Source: Nitrospirales bacterium
Lineage (GTDB): Bacteria; Nitrospirota; Nitrospiria; Nitrospirales; UBA8639
Direction of reading: 5' to 3'
DNA: 64,000 nucleotides
Assembly (NCBI GenBank): GCA_965203295.1
Contig: CBDBCZ010000009.1
Span: 128,001-192,000, forward strand
Shown here: in pieces, positions 13,644-27,260 of the stretch
Position numbering within the stretch: position 1 is the stretch's first letter
How the letters are laid out: every line of letters starts with the position of its first letter
Notes under the pieces: model-generated
Told to the model about the DNA's origin: nothing
Databases searched by the model: none
The model's input: only the letters and a program-made list of their open reading frames with translations
Program-made: the position numbers and the translations under genes

Positions 13644-13942
13644 GTAAGTGGACTGCATACATAATAGCTATGTAGTCATTTATGTGTACTGATACCCATA
13701 TCATGGCTAGATGAATTCTCCTATTTTCATTGTGCCTAGTTGCACTCTCTACAAGCGGCCGGTTCAACCAAACAAATTCAGAATATGCCTATTACTGTTC
13801 CTTGATTGAACGGCTTTGTTGGGCTCGAGTACAGTGCAACAAAATTTAGTTTCTGTCCCAATTAGATTTGGATTGTTACGGTCTAAACAAGGTGCATATC
13901 GAATGAATCATGCCTGTACGATGTCTTTTGAACCTTTCTTAA

Positions 13943-14913
<971 letters not shown>

Positions 14914-15839
14914 TTAAGCAATAGAACAGAAATGTAGTATGCCCTCAGTTGCTAGTGACTCATCTGAGACAGCTCCTTCGGCAGTTTTTAAACTGGATTA
15001 ACGTAAAACAGTTAATAGTGTCCCCACTGTTCAGAGATTCTCTCAGTTGGCAGTACAATTCAAAAATCATCAATTCCAATTTTCTGTCTGAAATTTTTCT
15101 ACCAAACTATTCACAGAAGATTACGACACTGTACATAGTCAATACCTCGAACATTTTCAAAGTACTGCTGAAATTGAGGTTGAAATTGAAGAATTATCAT
15201 GACTGTCCTCACAGTACTAATAGTACATTGCTTCTGAGCTCCGCATTGAACTGGAGGCTAGAAATCAGGCACCATTAATTGATTAAACACCGTAATAGTT
15301 CTGGATATTGTGCTACAGTAGCTTCTGCATACGTATTATATGATTAGTAATTGCTTGCTCACCTTGTTGCCATAGTTACATATCCTGTGGCTAATTATTG
15401 TAAGTACCCAAATTCCTACACACATGCCAGTGCATAATAGTGTGATATTTAACTATAAGTTGTGATATTAGCACAGGATTGATTGGTACATTCCTCATGA
15501 ACCTCAGGAGGACATGAACCCACTGCTGTGAAATTGCCACCCACCCAAGGATATTATGTATTTACAAAGCGTTTCCGCATCTTCACTTCAGAATTTAGTT
15601 GTTTAAAAATCTGATAACGACAAGCAAAAGATCTAAAACAGCTACACCAACAAATGGGTTAACACTAGAGTAGTAACTATCACAGACTGCAGGGACTGTA
15701 AATATAAGTATTTAGCCAAGGGCCAGCCCAACCCATGACAGGGAAATGTGAGGGGAAAAAACTCACCATAGAAAAACCCAATGTAAAAGACTACAACAAT
15801 CTATTGTATACTACGTATATAACGACACTCAAAAAGTAG

Positions 15840-16386
15840 TTATTGCACAAAGATTTCAACCAATTCAATAGGAGTGTCCTCATTACTGAATGGTGACTGA
15901 TCGGCACATATCCTGACTTCAATATCATCGGTTGTAGGCTCGGTTAGACTTTTACAGAAGAGCGGTGGATCATTCAGCTCGCAGCAAGTGCTTCCTGACC
16001 CACAGTCCTCTCCATCCCAGTGTGGGTCACCATCAGGGTAAAATACACCAGAACTCCAACTGCCAGCAACACCAGTCTCACAGAAGTAGTCCTGCCTCAC
16101 AAATGATGGAATTGATTGTGTACTTTGACTATTGGTGCAAGGGCAGGTAAACTGAGAACCAAACTCCTGCTCTGTGAGTGAAGCAGCAAATGTCCAAACA
16201 TGCTCTTTCTCTGTTCCACGTGTGATAACCACTCCATCCACAAAGGGGTCCTCTATTCTAGTGTAACTGTTACCTGAGTTGGAGTAGGCCCAAAATGCAT
16301 CAGGATGCCTACCCTGGTAGCCTATAATTCTGCCACAAATGTGAGAAAATGTTGTAAGTACTTGTGTACAAAACGTTACTACTCAT
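15840..16386 (-). pseudogene. Family member lacking most of the N-terminal half; C-terminal frame intact
   Basis: ATG at 16386 gives MSSNVLYT fused directly to STYN, followed by a 5-bp deletion frameshift. The downstream frame FSHICGRIIGYQGRHPDAFWAYSNSGNSYTRIEDPFVDG...ELVEIFVQ* is open. Confidence 0.85.
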
Positions 16387-17619
16387 TGTGGCTAAACAGC
16401 TTGTGTCCAACTGCATGAAACTGTAATCATTGTGACTGAGACATGCCTTATACACTCTAGGAATGAGATAGTAAAAGCACCAATATATTCACACGTACCT
16501 GGACCATTGGTCAGAGGTACACAATTAAATAGCAGCTATCCAGTAGGGTGTGTGTGGCTGGCAATTTCTTCACAGCTGTTGAAGTGATACACAGTTAAAA
16601 TGCATTCCAGCCTGTGAAGGTACAGTACTTTCTAATGATTAAAGTGGACACGCATTCCAGACATCCAAAGATTAGAGATTTATTCTCATGAATTCTGTTA
16701 TAGGAAATTAAGGTATGTAGCCATTGTGCATGGTTTGTATGTGCAGTACCAGTCTATTACCTCAACCCTACCCTTCGCCCACCACATTTGGCATGTACAT
16801 GTAATTATTGGCATGTACATGTAATTGTTGCACAAGTGAATGATCTTCAATTTAATGTTGGCTACACAATTGCTATTACTAAACTTCCATAGATTGATTT
16901 ATTTTGTCTGGCCCAAGTGATTGTATATAAAAAAAGGTGGTTGCTAGGTGACAGTGCCTCACCATCAGGTCCATATTGATGTGGGCTCATGTGATATACT
17001 TGTAACTAACTTCATAAGAAATATACAATATACTTCTGTAGTTCAACTTGTCCAATGGCATGAGAATTAATATGAGGGCAATTAGGTATTATTATATAAA
17101 ACCTATGCTCTACCTCTGGTATATGTCAACAAAATCTTATGACTATGTTGATTTTTTCAGCTGGAGCTTTGGAGGGTGGGGGGATTCCGTCTCCTCTCCC
17201 CCAAGTGTATTATAGCATTGTGGTGCATAAAACTGGTTCTCCAATAAGTTTCTCTTTCCAAAACCTTGTCTAAAATTTTCAACTCCTGTTTAGTTTACAT
17301 GGTAACCTGTTGTTGCCCTGCATGGTTTTTGGGTAGGAATTTCTCGTTGCAGCCACCCCATCCTCAGCATTGGACTCTCTTATTGTTTTTACATTACATG
17401 TCACAGCAGCTGTTACTAGTGTCCTAATTCAGGGGTCTCAGTCAGAATCAATGAAAATAGTGTGGGAGGTGTTCTTGATTACCTACCTCATGTTGGCTTC
17501 CACTAGCACCATAGAACTGAACCACATTTGTTCTCGGCCATTACAGGGACTTTGCACAGTACACAGTACAAGTGTGTGTTTGGTGTGATGTCATATATTC
17601 CACTCCCACCCTCATGCAG

Positions 17620-17814
17620 GGAGGAAGACAAAGACCTCTACCTCCACCAAATCAGCAAGACCTTTTAATTAACCCCGACCAGGAATCACTGCTATCGGCA
17701 ACACACTTCACTCAGACTGGGAGCAGCGTGCCAGGTCAGTGGCTGCTAGTGTACCACTGGGTATCACAAAGGCCGAACCTCACAGATACATTCATTGAGT
17801 GTGTACTCCTGTAA
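17620..17814 (+). pseudogene. Captured terminal-exon-like fragment ending ...WLLVYHWVSQRxNLTDxFIECVLL*, copy 1
   Basis: Acceptor-like ctcatgcag|G and a coding-like frame with a conserved stop. Copies at 30421 and 31024. Confidence 0.4.
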
Positions 17815-18817
17815 TAGTGTATACATACATATTGAGAGAGAAATGAAAAGAGATCAGGGCCTAATTGGGAGTTGATTCCTAGTTTGTATTACAGGAAGCG
17901 ATAGCTGTTTTTAGGTGACTGGAAGAAGCTTATTGTAGGTGGAGTATGGCAAGATTATAGTAGACAACATGTAGGACAAATCAGTAGTAGGTACGTAGGT
18001 CTTTTTATGCTCTCCCTGCTCTCATACACTGTGTGTCTGTGAGTGTGTGTTTGGTGATATGGTGGGGAGAAAGTAATAAAAAAATGAGCTGTGGCAGGGT
18101 ACTTGTCCATTACTTTTTGAGTTACTAAGAGTTTATGGTTTGATTTTTTTTTGTTAGGTGTATCATGTGGTAGGATGTTCCATGCCAAAAAAAGTTAGTT
18201 CAATGAATGACCTAAACAGTGACCGATTCCGATGTTGCTGGTCATCAGGGGAGTTCCCAGGCTGATCATCGAACAACCACAGGTCTCGGCCCCTTTATAA
18301 GCTCCCGACCTGTGGTTGCCTACAGAAAGGGCGGGGCCACTCCCAGAGAGGAGTCTGGCACTTGACTCGAGTGAAATCCATCCAGCATATGTGAATTCTA
18401 GCACATAAATATTTTGTAATTTTGTGTTTTGTTACGCTTGTGGCTTCAATAATTGCAACCACTCTCCTTTTACCGTGCCAACTCGTAGTTACATATTTGT
18501 AAGTAAAGGATACCTCAATTTCTCAGCCATGTGGAATTCTCTTTAGCTAGTTTGGAAAATAGTGTCATGAATAGTATTTTGTGGATGTAAGTAGATGTAC
18601 TCACCATACAGTAAGTTTCTCAAGTAGCAAGCTCTTGAAACATGTGCTTTCAATGCATTGATGTCATGCTGACTTTGTAGGGCTTAATTAGTAATCTGTG
18701 TGGTTTGGTGTGCATGCATGTGCCTGGTCCTGAATCCAGGCCTTGGTCTGAATAGGCAGGCATGCACACTTCTACAGCAAGCAATTTTTACCTATGAATT
18801 GCTGGACGATTAAGTGG

Positions 18818-18861
<44 letters not shown>

Positions 18862-19720
18862 GGGAGTTGATCAAGAATGCGGAAAACACATTACTGATGT
18901 ATTACTTTGCTCATCCAATAATGCTTTCTTGATCCACTCCCTCCACACACATGCCCACACACCCACACACACACACACACACACCTGGTCCAATGATGTG
19001 TGAGGTCCACCATGAGCATATGCAATTTATCACTGTGAATTTTCCCATCTGGCACCCTGTGTATATACCGGCTTAGTCTCATACCCAGATCCCATCCCAC
19101 ACAGAATGGTCTGGCAACATTGCACAGGCTCAGCCTTCATAAAACTCCCTCAATTAATTAGTTATCTCGATTTACATTGCACACACTTACGTAGCAGTAA
19201 TTTGCATAGCCTGGTGCTCTTGTGACATGCTAATTACTTTTACTGAGGCTTTTAGCATCATCTCCTTTCGTTGTTAACATTATACATACCTCATTGCCAG
19301 ACCAACTTAAATTGTGAATACTGTGGAATGTATATTATGCTATTGTTTGTGTGCTCAGGTATGTTAGCTATAGGCCAATAATTGTCCCAATCACTGCCAC
19401 AGGGTAAAGATCATGCAGACTCACACTGGCTACTGCATGAAATTTTAAGTAATATTGCTCACATTCACACAACAATCAAACACTCTTTTGTTAACCAGCA
19501 CACTATGTACCTGCACAGCCTGCCCACTCAAAGCCACCTGATTAGCTGAGGATGGGATAGTAACAACAGCAAATTCCTATACAATAGCCATGGCAACAGC
19601 ACAGTACCATTTCAATAGAACAGTGGGAAGGTATAAGTACACGTATTAGTTATTACAGGGAAGTGAGTGCCATATGCCAGATATGGGCTCCATATGACAT
19701 CAGAGCATGAGGGCTGTTAG

Positions 19721-20090
19721 GCGTTATACTGTGTGTGTGCTCTGCGTCGTACTGTGTGTGTGCTCTGCGTTGTACTGTGTGTGTGCTCTGCGTTATACTG
19801 TGTGTGCTCTGCGTTATACTGTGTGTGTGCTCTGCGTCATACTGTGTGTATGCTCTATGTCATACTGTGTGTGTGTGTTCTGCGTCATACTGTGTGTGTG
19901 CTCTGCGTCATACTGTGTGTGTGCTCTGCGTCATACTGTGTGTGTGCTCTGCGTCATACTGTGTGTGTGCTCTGCGTCATACTGTGTGTGTGCTCTGCGT
20001 CATACTGTGTTGTGTGCTCTGCGTCATACTGTGTGTGTGTGCTCTGCGTCATACTGTGTGTGTGCTCTGCGTCATACTGTGTGTGTGTGT
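19721..20090. repeat. About 23-bp minisatellite (GTGTGTGCTCTGCGTCATACTGT)n, about 16 units
   Basis: Directly visible; unit length varies with the number of TG dinucleotides. Confidence 0.93.
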
Positions 20091-22299
20091 TTCAATTATC
20101 AAATGATGTGCTGTACACCTGATTGCCTAATTAGATAGGTACATGCATGTACATATACATATCCAAAAGCACTTGTATATGAGCATTATAGTTCCTAATT
20201 TAGAGGCAAGAGTTTTGGTTGAGTTGAAACTGGAGGGTAGGGTCAACCACACAACAGTCCTTCCTCTTATTAATGTACTCATTTTGGATAGTTCTGAAGG
20301 TATTGGATGTGAAAATGTGATCATATGGAAGGGCTATACGTATTACTAACTGTAGTTTTTTAATACTTGTTTTTAGTGAGTACGTAGTGCTACGTACACA
20401 GGACACAGTACGTACGTACACAGGACACAGTCCATGTGAGTTTGTAGCATTCATGGCACTGAAAATGTCGGGTGTGCCGTATAGGAACCCAAGTGACTGA
20501 CAGTGAGCACTGCAGCAATTTACATCTTATATAATGCAAACTCAACAAGATTCGTACGTTTCATGCACACTGGCTAGATTATATATGTTCATTGATATCG
20601 TACACACACACTCATTTATTTTGTCCCACAATCATGGCAGTACCCTGCATTCACCTACGTAGTATACACAACCTGATTGCATGATTTCATGTACATGTAC
20701 TTCACTGCATTGTGAACTAGCATACTGTCTGTACAGTTTGCCCAGTGGCACTCAAAGCCATGCGGTAGGATGGCAATTACCTGATTAACTACAACAGGAA
20801 ATTCTTATACAGTAGCCATGGCAACAACACAATCCCACTTGCCAACCTTACCACTTTGTGCTATTGTATAAGAATGTATTGTGATTGATAGCCTATCCTC
20901 AGCTAATCAGTGGGTGGGTCAATGTAGTCAGCTAATCAGTGATTGTACAGTAGACAATCAGGATGCCATGACTGTGTACATTATCATACTTGTGCTAGAA
21001 TGGTGTGTGTGGGGGGTGAGGGGTCATTCTGTTATCAGCAATTGTGTATAGCTTCCATTCTCCAAAGTGTACATTACTGCCCGGGTATTTGAGGCAATGA
21101 GGCTACATTACTTAGGCATCATAACGGCTAGACTTTTCATCCACTCCTTGTTACCATAGCTACGTACTATCCTGTGACTTGGCTGTTTATAACTACCCAG
21201 ACTCCCACACACACATGCTAGTGTACTAATACTGTTTGCAGGCTATGATACTGAGCTGGAAGATGTCATAGTAATTAGCACAGGACTGATGGTACTTTGC
21301 TCAGTAAACTAACTGATTAAGTAGTACTACATGGTTATATAACTTATTCTATGCCCACCCAATGATGCAATACGTAATAACAAACACTTTGCATTCAGCA
21401 ATTTGTTGTTTTTGTGCTTGACAAATCTAATAGTGTACAAACATGGACACAGAAAACTTTGCCCCCGCATATCTTGATGATCAAACAAGCTATGATTTTC
21501 AAACTTGGATTTTTTTCTTAAGTGTATTAAGGGCTACAACATATTTAGTCGCTAGGGGTAAAAAATTGTGCTCTAATTAGAATTTTTGCTATAGTGCAAG
21601 TGTGCCATTAAGGAGCACACATTCACGTCAGTTTCTGGAGTATGAGCAACTTGGGAATACATGGGAATACGTAAATTCTGATCTTCGCAATGACATCATG
21701 AAAATAGTTTAGAGACGTCCCCATAGTAATTAGTAGCCAGGAAAGCAGATACAGGCCAGACTACACACCTTGTTGCCATAGCTTCATATCCTGTGGCTAA
21801 CTACATGTATAAGTACCCGACTCCTACACACACATGTCGTGTATTTGTAGGCAATGACATTTAGCTATAAGTTGTGGAAATATTAACATAGGATTGATTG
21901 GTACTCTCTTCCATAAACCCACTGTTCTGCAATACTTGAAATTGTTTCCTACCTAAGGATACCTATGAGCAAATGTGTATTTACGTAAGAAAAGCTTCCG
22001 CATCTTGATTTCAGAACTTTATTGCTTGAAAAAATCTGATAATGACAAACAAGAGAAACAACTACACCAACAAATGGGTTAACACTGAAGTATAATAACT
22101 ATCACAAACTGCAGTATAAAACCAAGGAACTGTAAATAAAAATATTTAGCCAAGGGCCAGCCCAACCCATGACAGGGAAAAAACTATGGTGGAACTATAC
22201 GTCAGCTGAAAAGAAAAAAAAAGCTCACCATAGAAAAACCCAAGATATAAGATTACAACACACTACTGTAGCTACATTTAATTTACAACACTCAAATAA

Positions 22300-23370
22300 T
22301 TATTGCACAAAGATCTCAATCAGTTCAATGGGAGTGTCCTCATTACTGATCCCATTATCGCCACATATTCTCACTTCAATATTATCAGTTGTAGGCTCAG
22401 GTAGACTTTTACAGAAGAATGGCGGACCATTCAGCTCGCAGCAAGTACTTCCTGACCCACAGCCCTCTCCATCCCAGAGTGGGTCACCATCAGGGTAAAT
22501 TACACCACTAGACCAATCACCAGTAATTCCAGTCTCACAAAAGTAGTCTTGCCCCACAAAAGAAGGAATGACTTGCGTACTTCGATTATTAGTACAAGGA
22601 CAGGTATACTGAAAATTCAAACTAGAATCCAGCTCCGTGAGTGAAGCAGCAAATGTCCAAACATGCTCTTTCTCAGTTCCATGTGTGATAACCACTCCAT
22701 CCACATAGGGGTCCTCAATTCTAGTATTTCTTCCAGAGGAGTAACTGTTAAATGCATCTGTAGATCCGAACTGGTATGCAATAATTCTACCACAGATTTG
22801 AGAAAATGAGATATTGTAAGTACTGAAATAGACTGAATTACAGCCACCACTTGTACTGGTTCTTCCACATGTCCTCGCTGGCTGTGTGACCTCTCTCCAT
22901 GCTGGTGGACACTGGTGGGTAGGGTCAGTCATGTTGAGGTAGGCCACACGAGACCATCCTCCAACACTAGCACTGCTACAACTACACTCCCTGGTCATGT
23001 CGCAATAGACCCGAACAGCTGTTCCATTAGAGCTGGTGATCCAGTAGTACTCTGACGGGAGTTGGGGGTTGCACTGTGACACTTCAAGACAAGATGATGC
23101 CGGATTCTCCTGGACTTGACCTGGACAGTGTACATCAAGGATATCATTGCGAACAATATTCAAAACATCTTCAGCAATTTCAGCTCTGGCCATCTCCAGT
23201 TGCTCCTCAGGAGGACAGACCTGCCCCCCTCCCTCCAGTACTGTAGCAGGGTAACTCACTGGTAGTGAGTTGTTGTCATGCTGGCTAGTCACACCTTCCT
23301 GGCATGAAGTGAGCTGAAGTTCAGCAGCTAGAACGAGTGCGAGAACTGCGTATATAACGTTACTAGTCAT
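22300..23370 (-). CDS. Secreted Cys-rich protein with fibrinogen/COLFI-like N-terminal subdomain (356 aa, intronless)
   Basis: Complete ORF with a hydrophobic signal peptide, the NPASSC..PSEYYWI..VYCDMT..GGW motif, about 20 Cys, several N-x-S/T sequons, and an upstream TATA. Confidence 0.93.
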   Translation of the reverse strand: MTSNVIYAVLALVLAAELQLTSCQEGVTSQHDNNSLPVSYPATVLEGGGQVCPPEEQLEMARAEIAEDVLNIVRNDILDVHCPGQVQENPASSCLEVSQCNPQLPSEYYWITSSNGTAVRVYCDMTRECSCSSASVGGWSRVAYLNMTDPTHQCPPAWREVTQPARTCGRTSTSGGCNSVYFSTYNISFSQICGRIIAYQFGSTDAFNSYSSGRNTRIEDPYVDGVVITHGTEKEHVWTFAASLTELDSSLNFQYTCPCTNNRSTQVIPSFVGQDYFCETGITGDWSSGVIYPDGDPLWDGEGCGSGSTCCELNGPPFFCKSLPEPTTDNIEVRICGDNGISNEDTPIELIEIFVQ

Positions 23371-23435
23371 AGTGGCTAAACAGCTTGTGTCGAACTATAC
23401 CAGAATGGGATACTTTGTGACTGGGAACTGCACTC

Positions 23436-23442
23436 TTATATA
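23436..23442 (-). promoter_or_regulatory. TATA box of the 22300-23370 gene
   Basis: GAGTATATAAG on the minus strand, in the same context as other copies. Confidence 0.65.
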
Positions 23443-23899
23443 CTCTTTGTATGGAATGTAATTCCTTAACATGTAATATTGTTTACTCTTCTGTCAGAAA
23501 TTAGAAATCAATTACTAGTTAAGCGGTGTCATTGATCTGCTTGTATGCACATTGTTTGGTAGCGAACTTGAAACTGAGACAATCCTAAAGCGATCATTGT
23601 TTATGCTCTGTGTAACTACTTGTAATAATTATCTCATATTCAACATTCCTGATGAAATTATTTATAACTCCATAATCATTCTTGTAGGTTGTACATGTAT
23701 GTGTGTTTGTGGGAGTAGTTATTCCTACAACTGGATAGCTACACAATTCCTTGATATACACACTGCCAAGTACATGTGTAAACATACGTATGGCAAGAAA
23801 AGGGGGTGCATGTTAGGATTAAAAATGCAGGGTGAAATTAACTGTATCAGTATAATTGTTGTGTAAAACTACAGGTACTCTCAATGCTGTACTGCAAAT

Positions 23900-24075
23900 A
23901 GTGTTCAGAACATCTTCGTCGGTTTCAGTTCTAGCCATCTCTTGTTGCTCCTCTGGAGGACAAACCTGCCCCCCTCCCTACTGTAGCAGAGTCATGCTGA
24001 CTAGCTGTACCAAGTTCCTGGCAAGGATCAGCAGCTAAAATGAATACAAGAACTGTGTACAATGTTTTCTACTCA
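23900..24075 (-). pseudogene. Highly degenerate N-terminal fragment of a family member
   Basis: GGQVCPPEEQEMARTET-like sequence and signal-peptide remnants with several deletions. The ATG is mutated to CTG and a TATA is retained at about 24142-24148. Confidence 0.75.
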
Positions 24076-24786
24076 GTACGGGTAAACAGCTTGTGTCCAA
24101 CTACATGAGTGTGATACTTTGTGACTGGGGAACTGTATGCCTTATATATGTACGTACAGCTGGTGTGTATGCATGCATCTTTTCAGAAAACCCATTGAAC
24201 AGAGGAAGTAACTACATTGTAAATAGGCTACTACCAGTAGCCATGTTAGCTTCTAGTAGCCTAGCTTGCGCCAACAAGGGGCAGTGCCTGTTAGCATCCA
24301 TGAGTGGTAAAGAATGAAGCCTGGTGCCCATGTAATAATTTAGTGGAGACAACTCACATTATGTGTAGGCCTGTTGTGTGTGCAGAGGAGTGAAAAAAAA
24401 ATTCCAGTTAATGAATAGAATTTTTTGGTGAACCGATCACATTGCACACAGGTAGCAGTCATTTGCCTAGCCTAGTGCTCTTGTGGCATGCTATTTACTT
24501 TGTTGAACTTTTTAGCACCCTCTCATTTCACTGTTAGCATTATACACTCACTGCTATACCAACTTTGATGGTGAAATATATAATACGCTACCATCTGTGT
24601 GCTCATGCATGCTGCGAGCAAAGCCAATGATGGTCCCAATCATTTCATTTTACATACATACCTCGCTCCGGGCCTGCAAGACTGTGCAAAATGTGAAACT
24701 CTCCATCCTGTCCTATGTAGGTACTGGTGATGTTGTCAGACTGTGGGTGGGGCTCTAGCAGATTCCAAAATTTTCATTATAGTAAA

Positions 24787-24921
24787 CAACCCGAAATCGC
24801 GTTTTTGTGGATTATTTAGCAGGAAGTGTGATTAAATGCGTCCTTTTCGTCAAATTGAGGTACCCTTTTATGTTCTCAACAAAGCCATCCATTTGAATTG
24901 TGGATTCGGGGTCTTCCTACC
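24787..24921 (-). mobile_element. Truncated end of the Kolobok-like element in inverted orientation
   Basis: Diverged reverse complement of about 13943-14083, ending ...tcttcctacc|ttaa. Confidence 0.7.
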
Positions 24922-25742
24922 TTAAGTCACGTTCTGATAGAGAGAGATTCATAAACTAGCCTCGTGCCCACGCAATGAGCTTGGGCACGAGGATATACAT
25001 AAACATGTTCAAATTAATAGTTTGGAACTATGGCTATTCCTGGAATAGCTCACAGTGAAAATTGTCATATTGATGAGTGGGTCTTTATTTGAGTTTCAAT
25101 TGAGTATTCACAGCCAAGAGCCAGATTGGTGTGTGTGTGTGTGTCTGGAGGAAGTTCATCAAGAACATGAATAACGCATTATCAGTGAGATATACAATTA
25201 CTGTATCACTTAATTTATGTCTTTTGGTCAAGAACGAAACTAATACAGTAACAAATGATTCACTATGTTTCCACATTATTGTAGCACTCTGTCTACATCA
25301 GAAACAATAACCATCTGCATTGGCTCACATCATTGATCAAATGTGAAACACATTCAGAAACACATTAGTGATGCATTAATTTGCTCATCGATAATGTTTT
25401 CTATGATCTTGATGAACTCCATCCAGACACACATACTTTCAACTTGGCTCTTAGACTAGTGTTTGAAACTCAAACAACAACCCACTGGACAATATTTGTA
25501 ATCTTTGAGATTAGATCACTGTAGTATAGTGACAATTAGATTACTGTTAACACCTATACTTTGTTCGTTCTAGGGCCCCCCCCTGTGTTGTATTGTCCTT
25601 TTGTTGTCTTTGTTGTGCAGTCAATGTGTCAGTATCTTTGTAAGTAGATCTTTGTGCATTCCCCAATATATTTGTACTGTGTGTCTGTTCAGAGTTGAGT
25701 TTTACGCAGATCAGAATTGCAGTAAAGTTGAACCCGTTGGGA

Positions 25743-25888
25743 GAGTTAGCGGTCGTCTGAGCAGAGGCTCAGGACGACCGCTAACTCGTCTGAGCAGAGG
25801 CTCAGGACGACCGCTAACTCGTCTGAGCAGAGGCTCAGGAGGCAGTACGGATTAGTGGGTCCGCCGCAGAGGCTCAGGACGACCGCTA
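25743..25888. repeat. Hairpin followed by tandem 33-bp reiterations of its loop and right arm
   Basis: GAGTTAGCGGTCGTC-TGAGC-AGAG-GCTCA-G-GACGACCGCTAACTC. The unit gtctgagcagaggctcaggacgaccgctaactc occurs at 25755 and 25788, with partial units at 25821 and 25866. Confidence 0.85.
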
Positions 25889-26224
25889 TTTGAAAGTGAT
25901 CATAGGTATATAACAATGTAGCCAATTACTTGCTGTACTGTGTACATTATTACGGTATTGGCTGTAGGTCTGCATCTATAACACAGACTGAGGTTGTGAA
26001 TGTCTGTGCTTGTAGGTGTATATGCAAATACATGTACAAAGTGAGGGATCTTATAATCATTAGTGATGTTGTGGTATCTTTCCCTAACTTTCCAGTTTAT
26101 CGGGGACTCCCATGGCAAGATGGTTTTCACAACAGGGAAATTCGATGAAGGGGAATGCAGCCATCAAGATCACCAGAGGGTAGGGCAGACATGCACATAC
26201 GCATACACACCCACATCAATGTAT

Positions 26225-26325
<101 letters not shown>

Positions 26326-27179
26326 TGAAGACACACACAGATATAGCTCCTTCCTGCATACAATTCATCCAGACACTATAGCCTGTCCTACATGTACTTC
26401 TTGACAAAGCCATTGAAGTGTGAGGATGAGTCCATTTAGTAAGTGGACTGGGCACACCCTGGTATTTAGTGGAGGAGAGAAAAGGTGGGGGAATGGGTTT
26501 ATTACTAGAGCAGAGTTGTGCAGCCATGATGTAATAGTGCACAAAGTATGTGGGAATTCAGTTGCACTCTGTGTACACAGGAACCAACCACTACAGGAAT
26601 TCTAACCCTTTCATCCTCAGCAAATCAGTGGCAGGTCAATGATGTCAAGTAGCAATGAGTAGCAACTATAAACAGCTATTATTTTGATAATTATGCATTG
26701 AGAGTCTGGGATTGTAGGTAGTGTGTGTATGTGGGGGGGGGGGGGAGAGAAGGTGGAAGTGTTTTTCTAGAATATCAACAACTTTCACTTGGTATATACA
26801 CACTAGTACTGCCAAGTGTAGAGGTAAGGCCGGCGCGCTCGCGGCCAGCCGGCCAGTATTACAAACTTTGGACTGACAAACCTACCCGCAAGCTGATCGA
26901 GAGCCATGTTTGATCACACCAGGCACATTTTTATTGACTTTTTCCCTCCCACTTGCCATTGTAACTTTCAGGCTCTTTTTACAGGTTCTGATCTTTTTCA
27001 TGTCTAACTTTACACATCATGTAATTTGAATTTTATTTGGTATACATCTGGTGCCTGTTGAACTTGCATAGCTTGAAACAAATTGGTGGGCATCTGGTAA
27101 CTGATAATTAGTGCTACTCATGTGACCTTCGACGAATCAGAAGTCTCAAACTCGATCACATGACCGCACGTTAAATCGA

Positions 27180-27260
27180 TTAATGCACACTTAAGTGTGC
27201 ATTAACAAAATTAGGGTTAGGGTTAGAGTTAGGGTTAAGGTTAGGGTTGGGATTCAGGGT
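27180..27260 (+). repeat. Perfect 26-bp palindrome followed by interstitial degenerate (TTAGGG)n
   Basis: TTAATGCACACTTAAGTGTGCATTAA (27180-27205), then TTAGGG TTAGGG TTAGAG TTAGGG TTAAGG TTAGGG TTGGGA TTCAGGG from 27211. Confidence 0.85.

Noticed and set aside
18190..18330. Possible hammerhead ribozyme or Penelope-like LTR on the minus strand (CTGATGA...CGGAATCGGTC, upstream hairpin and TATA-like motif)
   Set aside because: The GAAA core is absent and stem I does not pair; a covariance-model hit would be needed.
19707..20138. Cys-rich metallothionein/keratin-like ORFs
   Set aside because: A minisatellite open in all three frames.
25743..25888. Palindromic 33-bp repeats resembling a CRISPR array
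   Set aside because: The units are directly adjacent without unique spacers, there are no cas genes, and the context is eukaryotic.
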